16,577 nt of DNA from Thermoproteota archaeon (GTDB lineage: Archaea > Korarchaeota > Korarchaeia > B14-G2), in NCBI GenBank assembly GCA_037917675.1, contig JAVCBW010000052.1, positions 1-16,577 of the forward strand. Reading direction: 5' to 3'. This document shows, one piece after another, positions 1 to 7,781 of the stretch (position 1 is its first letter; each line of letters opens with the position of its first letter). A program made the translations under genes and the position numbers. The notes below the pieces were generated by a model. It did not search any database and was not told the DNA's origin. It saw only the letters and a program-made list of their open reading frames with translations.

Positions 1-12
1 GCTCAGCTGCTT

Positions 13-996
13 TCACACACGTCTCCTCGCCTTCACTACAGCTAGCACTATTATGGCTGCCTCTACTGCAGCTAGCAGCGCCAAGCCTACTGCCGTATAC
101 TGCCAGAGTCTCGTAGCAGCTCTGCAGGCTTCAAGCTCAGCCTTATACTCAAAGTGCTTCAAGCCGTCAGCGAGGACCCTGGCATTATAGAGCATCATCT
201 CAGTCACATTATGCACCTCAGGGACAGCTTCTGGGAAGTTTATCAGAGCAACTTGAACTATACCTGTATCCTCTGCTATCTTCCTCCCAACCTCCACTCC
301 ACTATGGAGGTTATCTACTATGAGCTTAGCTCCATATCTCGTGATGTTCCTTTCAATCTCCTCGATGTCACGCTGAGACAGGTACTCTGTAGGCCCATAG
401 ACTGCAACCACCCTGAAGCCAAGGTACTGGATGAAGTCCCTCTGCCATAGCATGCATGCAACAGGAGTCTCACTGAACCCATATCTGCTAGCCATGCTCT
501 TGAGCTCAGCATCAACCCTATCTATGGCAGCAAGACACCCTGAGAGCTCACTGGAGACATCTAGGCCTAGCACCTCTCCTAGCACTGACGCCACTCTCCT
601 ATATCTCTCCTTAAGCATCTGAGGGGTGTTCCAGGGCCCTGTGACATTGCGTATGGCAGCCTTCAGGCTGCCAGTTTGGTTTGCAGACTTTATGAGCTCT
701 CTAAGCCAGCCACGCCACTCCATTCCATGAGCTAAGATGAGAGCTGCACTCCTGATGCTCTCAATGTCTCCAGGCTTCACGTCATAGTGGCCTGGGCACA
801 TTGCTGGAGAAACCAGATACCTCACCTCCACTCTTCCACCTGCTAGGTCCTCTACTATGCTCGCAAGCACGCTGGTAGTGCATAGCACAAGAGGCCTACC
901 TCCACTAGCAGCTGGCTGAGCTGAAGACAAGAAGACAGCTGCTAGCATACAGCTAGCCAAGGTGGCAGAGAGCACCTCTATAGCATATCCTCTCAT
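13..996 (-). CDS. Metal ABC transporter substrate-binding protein (ZnuA/TroA cluster A-I like) with N-terminal signal peptide and C-terminal membrane anchor
   Basis: The 327-aa ORF has a hydrophobic signal peptide, then VLCTTSVLASIVEDLAG...VRYLVSPAMCPGHYDVKPGD...ALILAHGME, which matches the TroA/ZnuA N-terminal pattern (with CPGH in place of DPH). It ends in a TM helix (YTAVGLALLAAVEAAIIVLAVV) followed by KARRRV, typical of archaeal binding proteins. Confidence 0.85.
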   Translation of the reverse strand: MRGYAIEVLSATLASCMLAAVFLSSAQPAASGGRPLVLCTTSVLASIVEDLAGGRVEVRYLVSPAMCPGHYDVKPGDIESIRSAALILAHGMEWRGWLRELIKSANQTGSLKAAIRNVTGPWNTPQMLKERYRRVASVLGEVLGLDVSSELSGCLAAIDRVDAELKSMASRYGFSETPVACMLWQRDFIQYLGFRVVAVYGPTEYLSQRDIEEIERNITRYGAKLIVDNLHSGVEVGRKIAEDTGIVQVALINFPEAVPEVHNVTEMMLYNARVLADGLKHFEYKAELEACRAATRLWQYTAVGLALLAAVEAAIIVLAVVKARRRV

Positions 997-999
997 CTA

Positions 1000-1046
1000 G
1001 TAACACCAATTTCAAGATGGTAACACCACCTCTTAATAAGCATTAC
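1000..1046. promoter_or_regulatory. Promoter and candidate metalloregulator (NikR/RHH-type) operator of the ABC binding-protein gene
   Basis: GTAACAC occurs at 1000 and 1020 and GCATTAC at 1040, a 20-bp period. 1020-1046 forms the imperfect palindrome GTAACAC-N13-GCATTAC, which encloses a minus-strand TATA-like CTTATTAA (1040-1033) about 37 nt upstream of the ATG. Confidence 0.45.
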
Positions 1047-1126
1047 TCTCTCCATCAGCCACCATCCTCGAATAGCACATGGAATCCAGCCTGACGCCAG
1101 GGGGCCTCTGAACACCAGCCTCTAGC

Positions 1127-1726
1127 CTAGTAGCCAAGTTCTATGATAGCCTTCTCCCTATGGCTGCAGCATACCCTCCTCACAGAGATCACATAAGACC
1201 TCCCATGTAGAGCCTCCCTCACCTCTACACCTGAGCTCCCTCCACACCATGGGCACCTCCCACTGCTCAGCCTACTCCTCTCAGCTACAGCCTTAGAGGC
1301 GAGCTCAAGAGCCTCATAGACGTCGCCTTCTCTCCTCCCATATGAGCTCCTCCACCTCCTCAATATGCCTGTAGCAATCCTCTGAATAACTCTCACACTC
1401 TGAAGGTCTTGGATCAGTGAGGCAGCTACCCTAGAGGCCTCTCTCCCAAGCATGACCCCATAGCTTAAGCCACACCTATAGACTCCAAAGTCTACCCCAT
1501 GTCTAAGCCCCCTCCTCAAGAGGAGAGCACACACTAGCAGAGCTTCATCAAATGGCAGGCAGTCCACCAGGTCGCAGGCTGACAGGCACTGCCTAGGGGA
1601 GCTCAAAGCCTCCCTAGCCTCCTCCATAGACCCATCGTCCAGCAGGTACATCATCCTCAGCAGCTCCTGAGAAGCGCCCCTAACCTCCAGACTGATACCA
1701 TAGGCTCTAGGCTCCACACCACACAC
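1127..1726 (-). CDS. Hypothetical protein, Cys-rich, possible C-terminal Zn-ribbon
   Basis: 199-aa ORF with host-like codon use, a CPWCGG...RVCC motif, and a minus-strand TATA-like TTTTTAAA at about 1768-1761. Confidence 0.6.
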   Translation of the reverse strand: MCGVEPRAYGISLEVRGASQELLRMMYLLDDGSMEEAREALSSPRQCLSACDLVDCLPFDEALLVCALLLRRGLRHGVDFGVYRCGLSYGVMLGREASRVAASLIQDLQSVRVIQRIATGILRRWRSSYGRREGDVYEALELASKAVAERSRLSSGRCPWCGGSSGVEVREALHGRSYVISVRRVCCSHREKAIIELGY

Positions 1727-1969
1727 CAGCTACCCTACCATAGGCGCTATGAAGCAGGCCTTTAAAAATGGCACACCCCACTTAAGTGAGGGAGCTCTCG
1801 GCTCCCCAGCCCTGAGAGCTTCATCACACCGAGCTCTGGGTGTCAAGGCACCTCAACAGCCCTAAAGCAGCACACAGACATGGTAGTGGAGCAGACTTAA
1901 CCCGAGACAAGAGGCCCACAGCAACACTTTTAAGCTAAAAGCTAGCTCCAAGTTTCAAAGGGCTCTAAG

Positions 1970-2938
1970 TTGCTACGCAAACTCAAGGTTATAGCTGAGT
2001 TCAGCAAGGAATATGAGGTAGGGTGGCTAGGCTATACGATCAGGGGGGTATTAGGCTATGTGCTCAGAGAAGCATTCTGCATAGCTGGAGGGAAATGTAG
2101 CAGATGCTACATGGCTCAGACATGCCCCACAGCATACCTATTCGAAACCTCACCTAGCTGCTTCCCACCAGCCTACAGAGAGATAGCCTCAAAAGCCAGT
2201 GGGATAACAAAGCCCTATGTACTAGAGCCACAGCCAGCTCATGGAAAGACACTAGCATTCAACATGACCCTGATAGGCAACGCGAGAAAATACGAGGGAA
2301 TCCTGCCTAGAATACTAGAGAGAGCAGGTGAAATAGGCCTAGGAAGATGCCCCAAGACACATGAGAGAAGAAAATACACACTACTAGAGATCAAGGCATA
2401 CAACCCCTACACTAAGGAAGAGCACACAACCTACAGCAGGCAACAAGGCTACAACCCAACACCAAACCACATAGACATAACAGAAGAACAGCTACAGCAG
2501 AGAGCCAAGCAGCTAGCCAAGCCCAACATAACCATAAAACTCGAAACCCCTCTTAGACTAGTACTCAAAAACAGGCTAATGACAAAACCCAAGCTACACC
2601 ATCTAACAGCCCACCTAGCCAGAAAATACAGCCTAATAAGATACTACCACCTCCAGCTTCCACCGATAACACCCAAAGAAGCCAAAGCCATGACACAACA
2701 CACAAGAAAAAACACAGAATCCATACCGGAGACAGCAGCAGTAAAGCTAACAAGATACTCAATAGAAAGAAACAGACCAGAGCAGATAACAGCCATAACA
2801 GGCAGGATAAAAGTCAAGCTCAAACCAGAATTCCAGGGGAAAACAGCTGAAAAGGTGCTCAAACTCCTAGCCCTAGCAGAACAGGTACACGCAGGAAAGC
2901 TGACGACAGCAGGACTAGGAAAGATCACAATAAGCTAA
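1970..2938 (+). CDS. cas6: CRISPR-associated endoribonuclease Cas6
   Basis: N-terminal GYTIRGVLGYVLR followed by a Cys cluster (C..GGKCSRC....TCP..YLFE), KPYVLEP, a GEIGLG loop, ETPLRL, and the C-terminal G-rich loop HAGKLTTAGLGKI. TATA-like TTTTAAG at about 1928. Confidence 0.9.
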   Translation: MLRKLKVIAEFSKEYEVGWLGYTIRGVLGYVLREAFCIAGGKCSRCYMAQTCPTAYLFETSPSCFPPAYREIASKASGITKPYVLEPQPAHGKTLAFNMTLIGNARKYEGILPRILERAGEIGLGRCPKTHERRKYTLLEIKAYNPYTKEEHTTYSRQQGYNPTPNHIDITEEQLQQRAKQLAKPNITIKLETPLRLVLKNRLMTKPKLHHLTAHLARKYSLIRYYHLQLPPITPKEAKAMTQHTRKNTESIPETAAVKLTRYSIERNRPEQITAITGRIKVKLKPEFQGKTAEKVLKLLALAEQVHAGKLTTAGLGKITIS

Positions 2939-3088
2939 AGCCTACAGAGCCTCAAGTCCTCTACACCATCCTATAGCAAACCTCTCAGCTCAGGCACAAG
3001 CCTAAAAATCTCACAACACTCCTCCTCCTACATCCTCTCAAGAGAAGAAGCCTCTGAAGGAATACTTATATCCTAGCAGATACTACTG

Positions 3089-4615
3089 ATGCTAGAGTTG
3101 CCGGGGCTAGACTTGAGGAGCCTGAAAGACCCAAGCCTAGAGGTTAGGGCAAAGCTGGATAAATGGAGTCATGTAGTTAGCTTATGGTCCACTGGGAGAG
3201 CCAGCGAGGCCCTAGAGATCTATCTTAAAGAGATTCTGCCTGCTGTAGCTCTGAGTGAAGCTGAAAGGTTTCGTAGAGAAGAAGCTGCTGGCGTACTTAC
3301 TCCACCTGATATACTGCTTACATGCGTTGGCGAGCGATTCTATCCTATCGTAATCTTCCTTGTCACCTCAGCTTCCTATGCTAAAGGACATAAGCCTACA
3401 GCCTACCTAGTGCATTCTAATGAAACCAAGGAGGAAGCTAAGCAGGCAGCTAAGCTTGCCTCTCAGCTCACTGAGCTTGAAGTAAAATATGTTGAAGTCG
3501 ACCCTGCCTCAGTTACTGATGTAGCCTCCAAGCTAAGCAAGCTCCCTATATCAGAGAACAACACAGTATACGTCGACCTGACAGGTGGAACAAAGGCTAT
3601 GGTAGTAGGCCTACTGTCTTCAGCCTGGGCTTTCAGAGACACAAAGGGAGCTAGAGTCTACTTCTTCTACACCACCAGCATACCTGAACCCAAGCTGAGC
3701 GATAAGAGAGCCCCTCACAAGCCCTTCACAGAGAAAGTCAGGCTGCAAGGTAGCCCACAGCAGCTTCTCAGCCAGCTATACCTAGCTAGGGTAAGAGAGC
3801 TTATAGCTCAAGGTGAAGTCGAAGCTGCACTCCCACTGCTAAAAGAGCTCATAGCCTACTCCATTGAGAGCAGTGAGAGAGCACTCTACACACACCTCCA
3901 CAACGTATATGAGGTGATAAACCTCCTCAAGGACCTCAAAATAAGAAAGTACGTGAAACATGCCAAGGAACTGCAGCTCCCTGAACTCGACATAGCCAAG
4001 AAGCTCACAGCACAAGGCATTATAGTAGAGCACATAAAGGCTCTCAAGCTCCTAGCAGAGGAGCTAGAGCTAGTCAAGAAAGCTCAGTCAGACCACAGCC
4101 TCCTCCTAAAAGACCCACAGGCTCCGAGAGCTCTAGCTATACTTGCAGCAACCATCCTCTGGATAGCAGAATACATGAGACAGCCATGGGCTTCAGCACA
4201 GCTATACTACAGGACAATAGAGCTCTCACTGCAAGCACTCCTCCTAAAACATGGCCTCTGGACAGGAGCACTATCAGAGGAGAAGATGAAGCAGCTAGGG
4301 ATACCAGAAGACACCATAAGAGACGCAGAGAAGTGGGGGTGGAAAGTAGGCCTCAAAATAGCCCTCAAAATAGCAAAGCACCTAAACCCTAAGCTACCAC
4401 TATCCCCCAGCGAAGTAGACAGCTACACACAAGAAAGAAACACAAGCATAGCAGCACACGGCCTAAACCAACCAGACAGAAAATCCAGAGGATACGAGAA
4501 GCTCGTCCAAAAAGCAAAAGAAATAACAGAATACACGCTAGCAGAACTCAAAGCACTAGAGCGAGCAAAGCAGATAACAGAGGCACTAACAGCACTGACA
4601 ACCAGAAGCAGCTAA
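3089..4615 (+). CDS. csx1: CARF-HEPN cyclic-oligoadenylate-activated RNase (Csx1/Csm6-like, TIGR02710-type)
   Basis: CARF motifs LLTCVG, LVHSNET and VYVDLTGGTKAM, a helical middle region, then YYRTIELSLQ and the HEPN-type motif RNTSIAAHG near the C-terminus. TATA-like CTTATAT at 3065, so the start may be the TTG at 3098. Confidence 0.85.
   Translation: MLELPGLDLRSLKDPSLEVRAKLDKWSHVVSLWSTGRASEALEIYLKEILPAVALSEAERFRREEAAGVLTPPDILLTCVGERFYPIVIFLVTSASYAKGHKPTAYLVHSNETKEEAKQAAKLASQLTELEVKYVEVDPASVTDVASKLSKLPISENNTVYVDLTGGTKAMVVGLLSSAWAFRDTKGARVYFFYTTSIPEPKLSDKRAPHKPFTEKVRLQGSPQQLLSQLYLARVRELIAQGEVEAALPLLKELIAYSIESSERALYTHLHNVYEVINLLKDLKIRKYVKHAKELQLPELDIAKKLTAQGIIVEHIKALKLLAEELELVKKAQSDHSLLLKDPQAPRALAILAATILWIAEYMRQPWASAQLYYRTIELSLQALLLKHGLWTGALSEEKMKQLGIPEDTIRDAEKWGWKVGLKIALKIAKHLNPKLPLSPSEVDSYTQERNTSIAAHGLNQPDRKSRGYEKLVQKAKEITEYTLAELKALERAKQITEALTALTTRSS
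4275..4307 (+). repeat. 33-bp perfect inverted repeat, copy 1 (inside csx1)
   Basis: cagaggagaagatgaagcagctagggataccag is the exact reverse complement of 5359-5391. Confidence 0.95.
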
Positions 4616-5344
4616 ACCACAGCATCAGACAAAGCCAAGATCAGAACACATGAGACAGCACCATAAGCTTCTCAACATGTCATATAGCAAAGCTAACAAT
4701 CCACTAGAGAAACATACCAACATACACTCACAAGATCCTCACGATACCAAGGTCACCTTGTAGATAACGGTGACTTCAATGAAAGACCTTAACCTACCTC
4801 ACCATCTCTCATTTACCTGCCTCGAGATTATGTGTAGAGTATGCTTACCTTCTTCTTGGAGCTGCTGAATGTGAAGCTCTCTAGCTAAGATGGAGTTGAT
4901 AAACTAGCCCTCTCTACTAGAGGGTAATGTATCATAAGTCATAACCTGTACCCTAAACATCTCCCTTAAGGATGAGATTCTCCACTCTAAGGATCACACT
5001 GGCCTTTTTTGGTGTGAAAAAACCTTATTAAGTTTGTTCTTGAGACTGGATACAGAAGATAGCTGGCAGTACCTTGGACAGCAAGAACACTACGCGAGCA
5101 ACACGGCTTATTCCCTCTAGATAGGTCCTCTCCAACCCTTCTCCTACAGCGCTTAAACGCTTGATGAGGCTTCACAGCTAGCATGCTCATCTATGAAGGC
5201 AGCTATCCACTAGCCTCCACTCTCATGATGAACCTCCTGGCTTTCGGACCTCCCATGAGGTACATAGCTATGATACTATAGAGTCAACTGTGACCTTGCA
5301 CTTACCTTGCATGTGAGAAGCTTACGCCAGCTGTTATAAGAGCA

Positions 5345-5716
5345 TTATAAGCTGGATCCTGGTATCCCTAGCTGCTTCATCTTCTCCTCTGCAGGCTTCT
5401 TTGGCTCAAGCGGGCTCTTAGCCTTCTGATCTAGCTCCTGGAGGCAGCTAGCTAGCTCTTTCCAGTTCTCTGGAAGGACTGCCCCAGCTGTGTAGCAGCA
5501 GTCTAGTAGATCTCTCCATGTTAAGTCTTCTGAAGCCCTCTTTGGCAGCATGCTTCTCGCTGGAAGCTGAGCCCACAGTTCCTCCAAGCTCAGCTTCATC
5601 AGAGGATAGCTGTGTGAGGGGCTTCTCAACTCTACTACTGGGCCATATAGCCTCCATATCCCATTGAAGACTAGCATAAGCTCTCTTGGCGCAAACGTAA
5701 GCTCTTGGAGAGGCAG
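5345..5716 (-). pseudogene. Truncated gene, probably the N-terminal part of an archaeal CRISPR-associated PIN-domain protein
   Basis: The frame is open from CTG 5716, 4 nt after a GGTGA RBS that overlaps the upstream CARF stop. The segment LTWRDLLDCCYTAGAVLPENWKEL resembles, from recall, the region preceding the DTN catalytic motif in archaeal CARF-adjacent PIN proteins. The ORF switches into csx1-derived sequence and stops before any DTN motif. Confidence 0.45.
5359..5391 (-). repeat. 33-bp perfect inverted repeat, copy 2 (3' end of the truncated ORF)
   Basis: ctggtatccctagctgcttcatcttctcctctg. Both ORFs translate it as EEKMKQLGIP, and identity stops abruptly on both sides. Confidence 0.95.
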
Positions 5717-5720
5717 GGTC

Positions 5721-6173
5721 TCACCTTATCTTGACCAGCTTATGTGCTCCAATTGGAATTAGAGGGTAGAGTTCATTTAGGTAGCTTTGGTCTCTCAGGT
5801 GCAGGTAGTAGACCTCTAGGTTTAGCTGGGATGCTGCAGCGAAGATGGCTGCTGACATCGTCTTCCTACCTCCTGTTATATCTGCTATGACCCTCCTACC
5901 AGCTTCAATCTCTCTTTCAGCTATAGCCTTCACTGTGCTTATAGCTGAGCTCACGTTGTCTTCACTTACCATCTTGAGCTCTACTCTAACTGGCACTAGA
6001 GTAGGTAGAGCTTTCTTGAGAGCTTCAGCTACATGAGCTGAACCCTCACTATATAGGAGGATTATCTTGCTAGGCTCTATACCATGCTCTATCAGAGCCC
6101 ATGCTGCATTCAGGACTGCAGCATGGCTTAGACCTACTGGCATTATGAAGACTGTCTCCCTGGGATTAGCCAT
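5721..6173 (-). CDS. Stand-alone CARF-domain protein (candidate cOA ring nuclease or sensor)
   Basis: About 150 aa with FIMPVGLS, IILLYSE, VIADITGGRKTMSAA and VYYL: a complete CARF Rossmann fold with no effector domain. The ATG at 6173 follows an AGGAG RBS. Confidence 0.85.
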   Translation of the reverse strand: MANPRETVFIMPVGLSHAAVLNAAWALIEHGIEPSKIILLYSEGSAHVAEALKKALPTLVPVRVELKMVSEDNVSSAISTVKAIAEREIEAGRRVIADITGGRKTMSAAIFAAASQLNLEVYYLHLRDQSYLNELYPLIPIGAHKLVKIR

Positions 6174-6177
6174 ACTC

Positions 6178-6936
6178 CTAGCTTGCTCCAAGAGCCTTCG
6201 CTAGCGCTTCTCCAATAACCCTGCCTTCTGGTGTAGGGATGAGCTTCCCCCCAGGTGTCTTCTGGAGGAGACCTGCCTCTACTAGCCTGTCTATACTCCA
6301 GTTTGACGGCCTATGGGCTTCAACTCCCCTGAGAGCACCTACAACATCAAGGAGCTCCCCTCTAGGATATGGGAGAACTGGGATCTCCACTACAGTATAC
6401 TCTCTGGGGTCAGGGTACATCACTGAATCTAGCTTGCTGCTGTACCTCCTGTATGCTTCAGCTGGATCTTTTGCTGCAGCTACCTCCTCTAGCAGAGGTC
6501 TAACCTGCTCTAATGCCGTGTTCACAAGCTCCACGTCCCTGTGGATTACATGGAGAACCTTAGATGCTCCTAGGAGCTGCGCTACCAAGACTGCTGCAGC
6601 AGCCATCGTCTTCCTCCCTCCTGCAGCAAGCAAGTAGACTCCAGCAGCTGAGTGCTCTCTCACAGCTCTCCCACAGGTCTCTATGAACTCAGCTAGCTCC
6701 TCTAGTGTAGCCACATCCTCTGCCTTACAGAAGTACCCGTTGACTTCAGCTCTAGGCCACCTAGCGAGGACAGCTCCCTCCACAACCCTAGCTGCTGAGA
6801 CAACCTTAGGGTGGCTTGTGCCGACAACTCCAAGCTTCCTACCCCAGGCTCTCCTCCTATCAAGGTAGTCTATACAGGATGTGACAACTGGAGGTGAAAG
6901 CCCGATCAACGCGACAACATTAGGCAGGAATACCAC
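6178..6936 (-). CDS. csx14: CARF plus C-terminal wHTH protein, Csx14/NE0113-like
   Basis: LIGLSPPVVT, EDV and LLAAGGRKTMA motifs, VLHVI, and a C-terminal wHTH-like segment IDRLVEAGLLQKTPGGKLIPTPEG. Minus-strand TATA-like TTTTTATC near 6965. Confidence 0.75.
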   Translation of the reverse strand: MVFLPNVVALIGLSPPVVTSCIDYLDRRRAWGRKLGVVGTSHPKVVSAARVVEGAVLARWPRAEVNGYFCKAEDVATLEELAEFIETCGRAVREHSAAGVYLLAAGGRKTMAAAAVLVAQLLGASKVLHVIHRDVELVNTALEQVRPLLEEVAAAKDPAEAYRRYSSKLDSVMYPDPREYTVVEIPVLPYPRGELLDVVGALRGVEAHRPSNWSIDRLVEAGLLQKTPGGKLIPTPEGRVIGEALAKALGAS

Positions 6937-7121
6937 CAGTCAGCTAGCCTCCCATCAGATAAAAAAGTTGCTATAGCACTCGAGGAGCCTCTCTTGCAGG
7001 CCTTCTCCTAGGCGCCCCTATCTCAAAGCAAGCTCTATGAAAAAGATCGCAGGACATCTACTAGACAGACCACTGGGCCAGGTAGCTGCTGAGCTGTTAA
7101 GAGCCGCCTTAGGCTTATAGT

Positions 7122-7781
7122 CTAGAGCTGCCTTATCTTCCTATATAGAAGTATGCCCACTAGCAGCCTCATCAAATATGATACCATCTGGCCGAGTGGG
7201 CCTATGAGAGATAGTGCTTCAAGCGGGACTCCTGCTAGTATTGCATCCAGCTCCATGGCTGCTTTCTCCTCTGGTGTTCTCTTCACCTTCAGCTGGTGTG
7301 GTGGAGGAAGCTCTACTATCCTCCTGGATTTCTCGTGTATAGTATGCTTTTAGCCCTCTTTCTGCCGCTAGGACGCTCAAAGATGCTATCTCAACCTTAA
7401 ACCCCCTGTCAAGTTTAAGAGCACCTCGCTGCGTCTGTCCCCTTCTACTATAACCTTCACCTTCTGAGTGAGGTTTTTTAATGCCTCCTGGAAGTCTTTT
7501 GTCCCAAACCCCACTACTGTCATGACTTCAGCTATGTCTCTACCAGCCAGCTCATCCAAGTAGCTTTCAACTACTCTAGCACATAACTTGCCATGTGGCA
7601 TGTCTGTAGACATCAGATACACTCTCTCTACATCTCCTATGGACATGTTTCTGTCCTCTAGATAAGTTAAGAAAGCATTAAGTTCAGCTGAAGCCCCCTT
7701 AGGATCCTCTCTGACTGCTAATGAGTTTCCTATCGACCCCCTGGAGTATACTAACTTAATGGAACTTCCTAGGGTCTTTTT
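7122..7781 (-). pseudogene. Frameshifted APE2256/Crn1-family CARF gene with a hydrophobic C-terminal extension
   Basis: Manual translation gives ...SIGNSL.VREDPKGASAELNAFL...VYLMSTD..HGKLCARVVESYL...GFG.KDFQEALKNL...VLLNLTGG. After a 1-nt loss near 7400 it continues (F)KVEIASLSVLAAERGLKAYY. After a 2-nt loss near 7340 it continues (I)HEKSRRIVELPPP...LLVGILLYRKIRQL to a stop at 7124-7122. SAELNA, NxTGGFKxE and YYIHE....VELP are APE2256-family hallmarks. No intact start codon lies upstream of these motifs. Confidence 0.8.

Noticed and set aside
154-622. Short ORFs overlapping the ABC binding-protein gene (154-450, 318-515, 431-622)
   Set aside because: They are shadow ORFs within a well-supported gene and carry no motifs.
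4994-5022. Hairpin tcacac...gtgtga with T6 and A6 tracts as a bidirectional terminator
   Set aside because: Plausible between convergent units, but it lies more than 300 bp from either stop codon and the stem is weak.
4748-5298. 9-bp inverted match caaggtcac / gtgaccttg as MITE ends, and the palindrome caaggtcaccttg
   Set aside because: Too short, with no target-site duplication or transposase remnant.
4616-5326. Possible continuation of the PIN gene or another gene, including ORF 4987-5190
   Set aside because: The minus-strand frames I translated contain stops and no DTN or other recognisable motif. At most this is unidentifiable decayed sequence.
7153-7353. 66-aa plus-strand ORF
   Set aside because: It is the antisense shadow of the frameshifted CARF pseudogene's 3' part.
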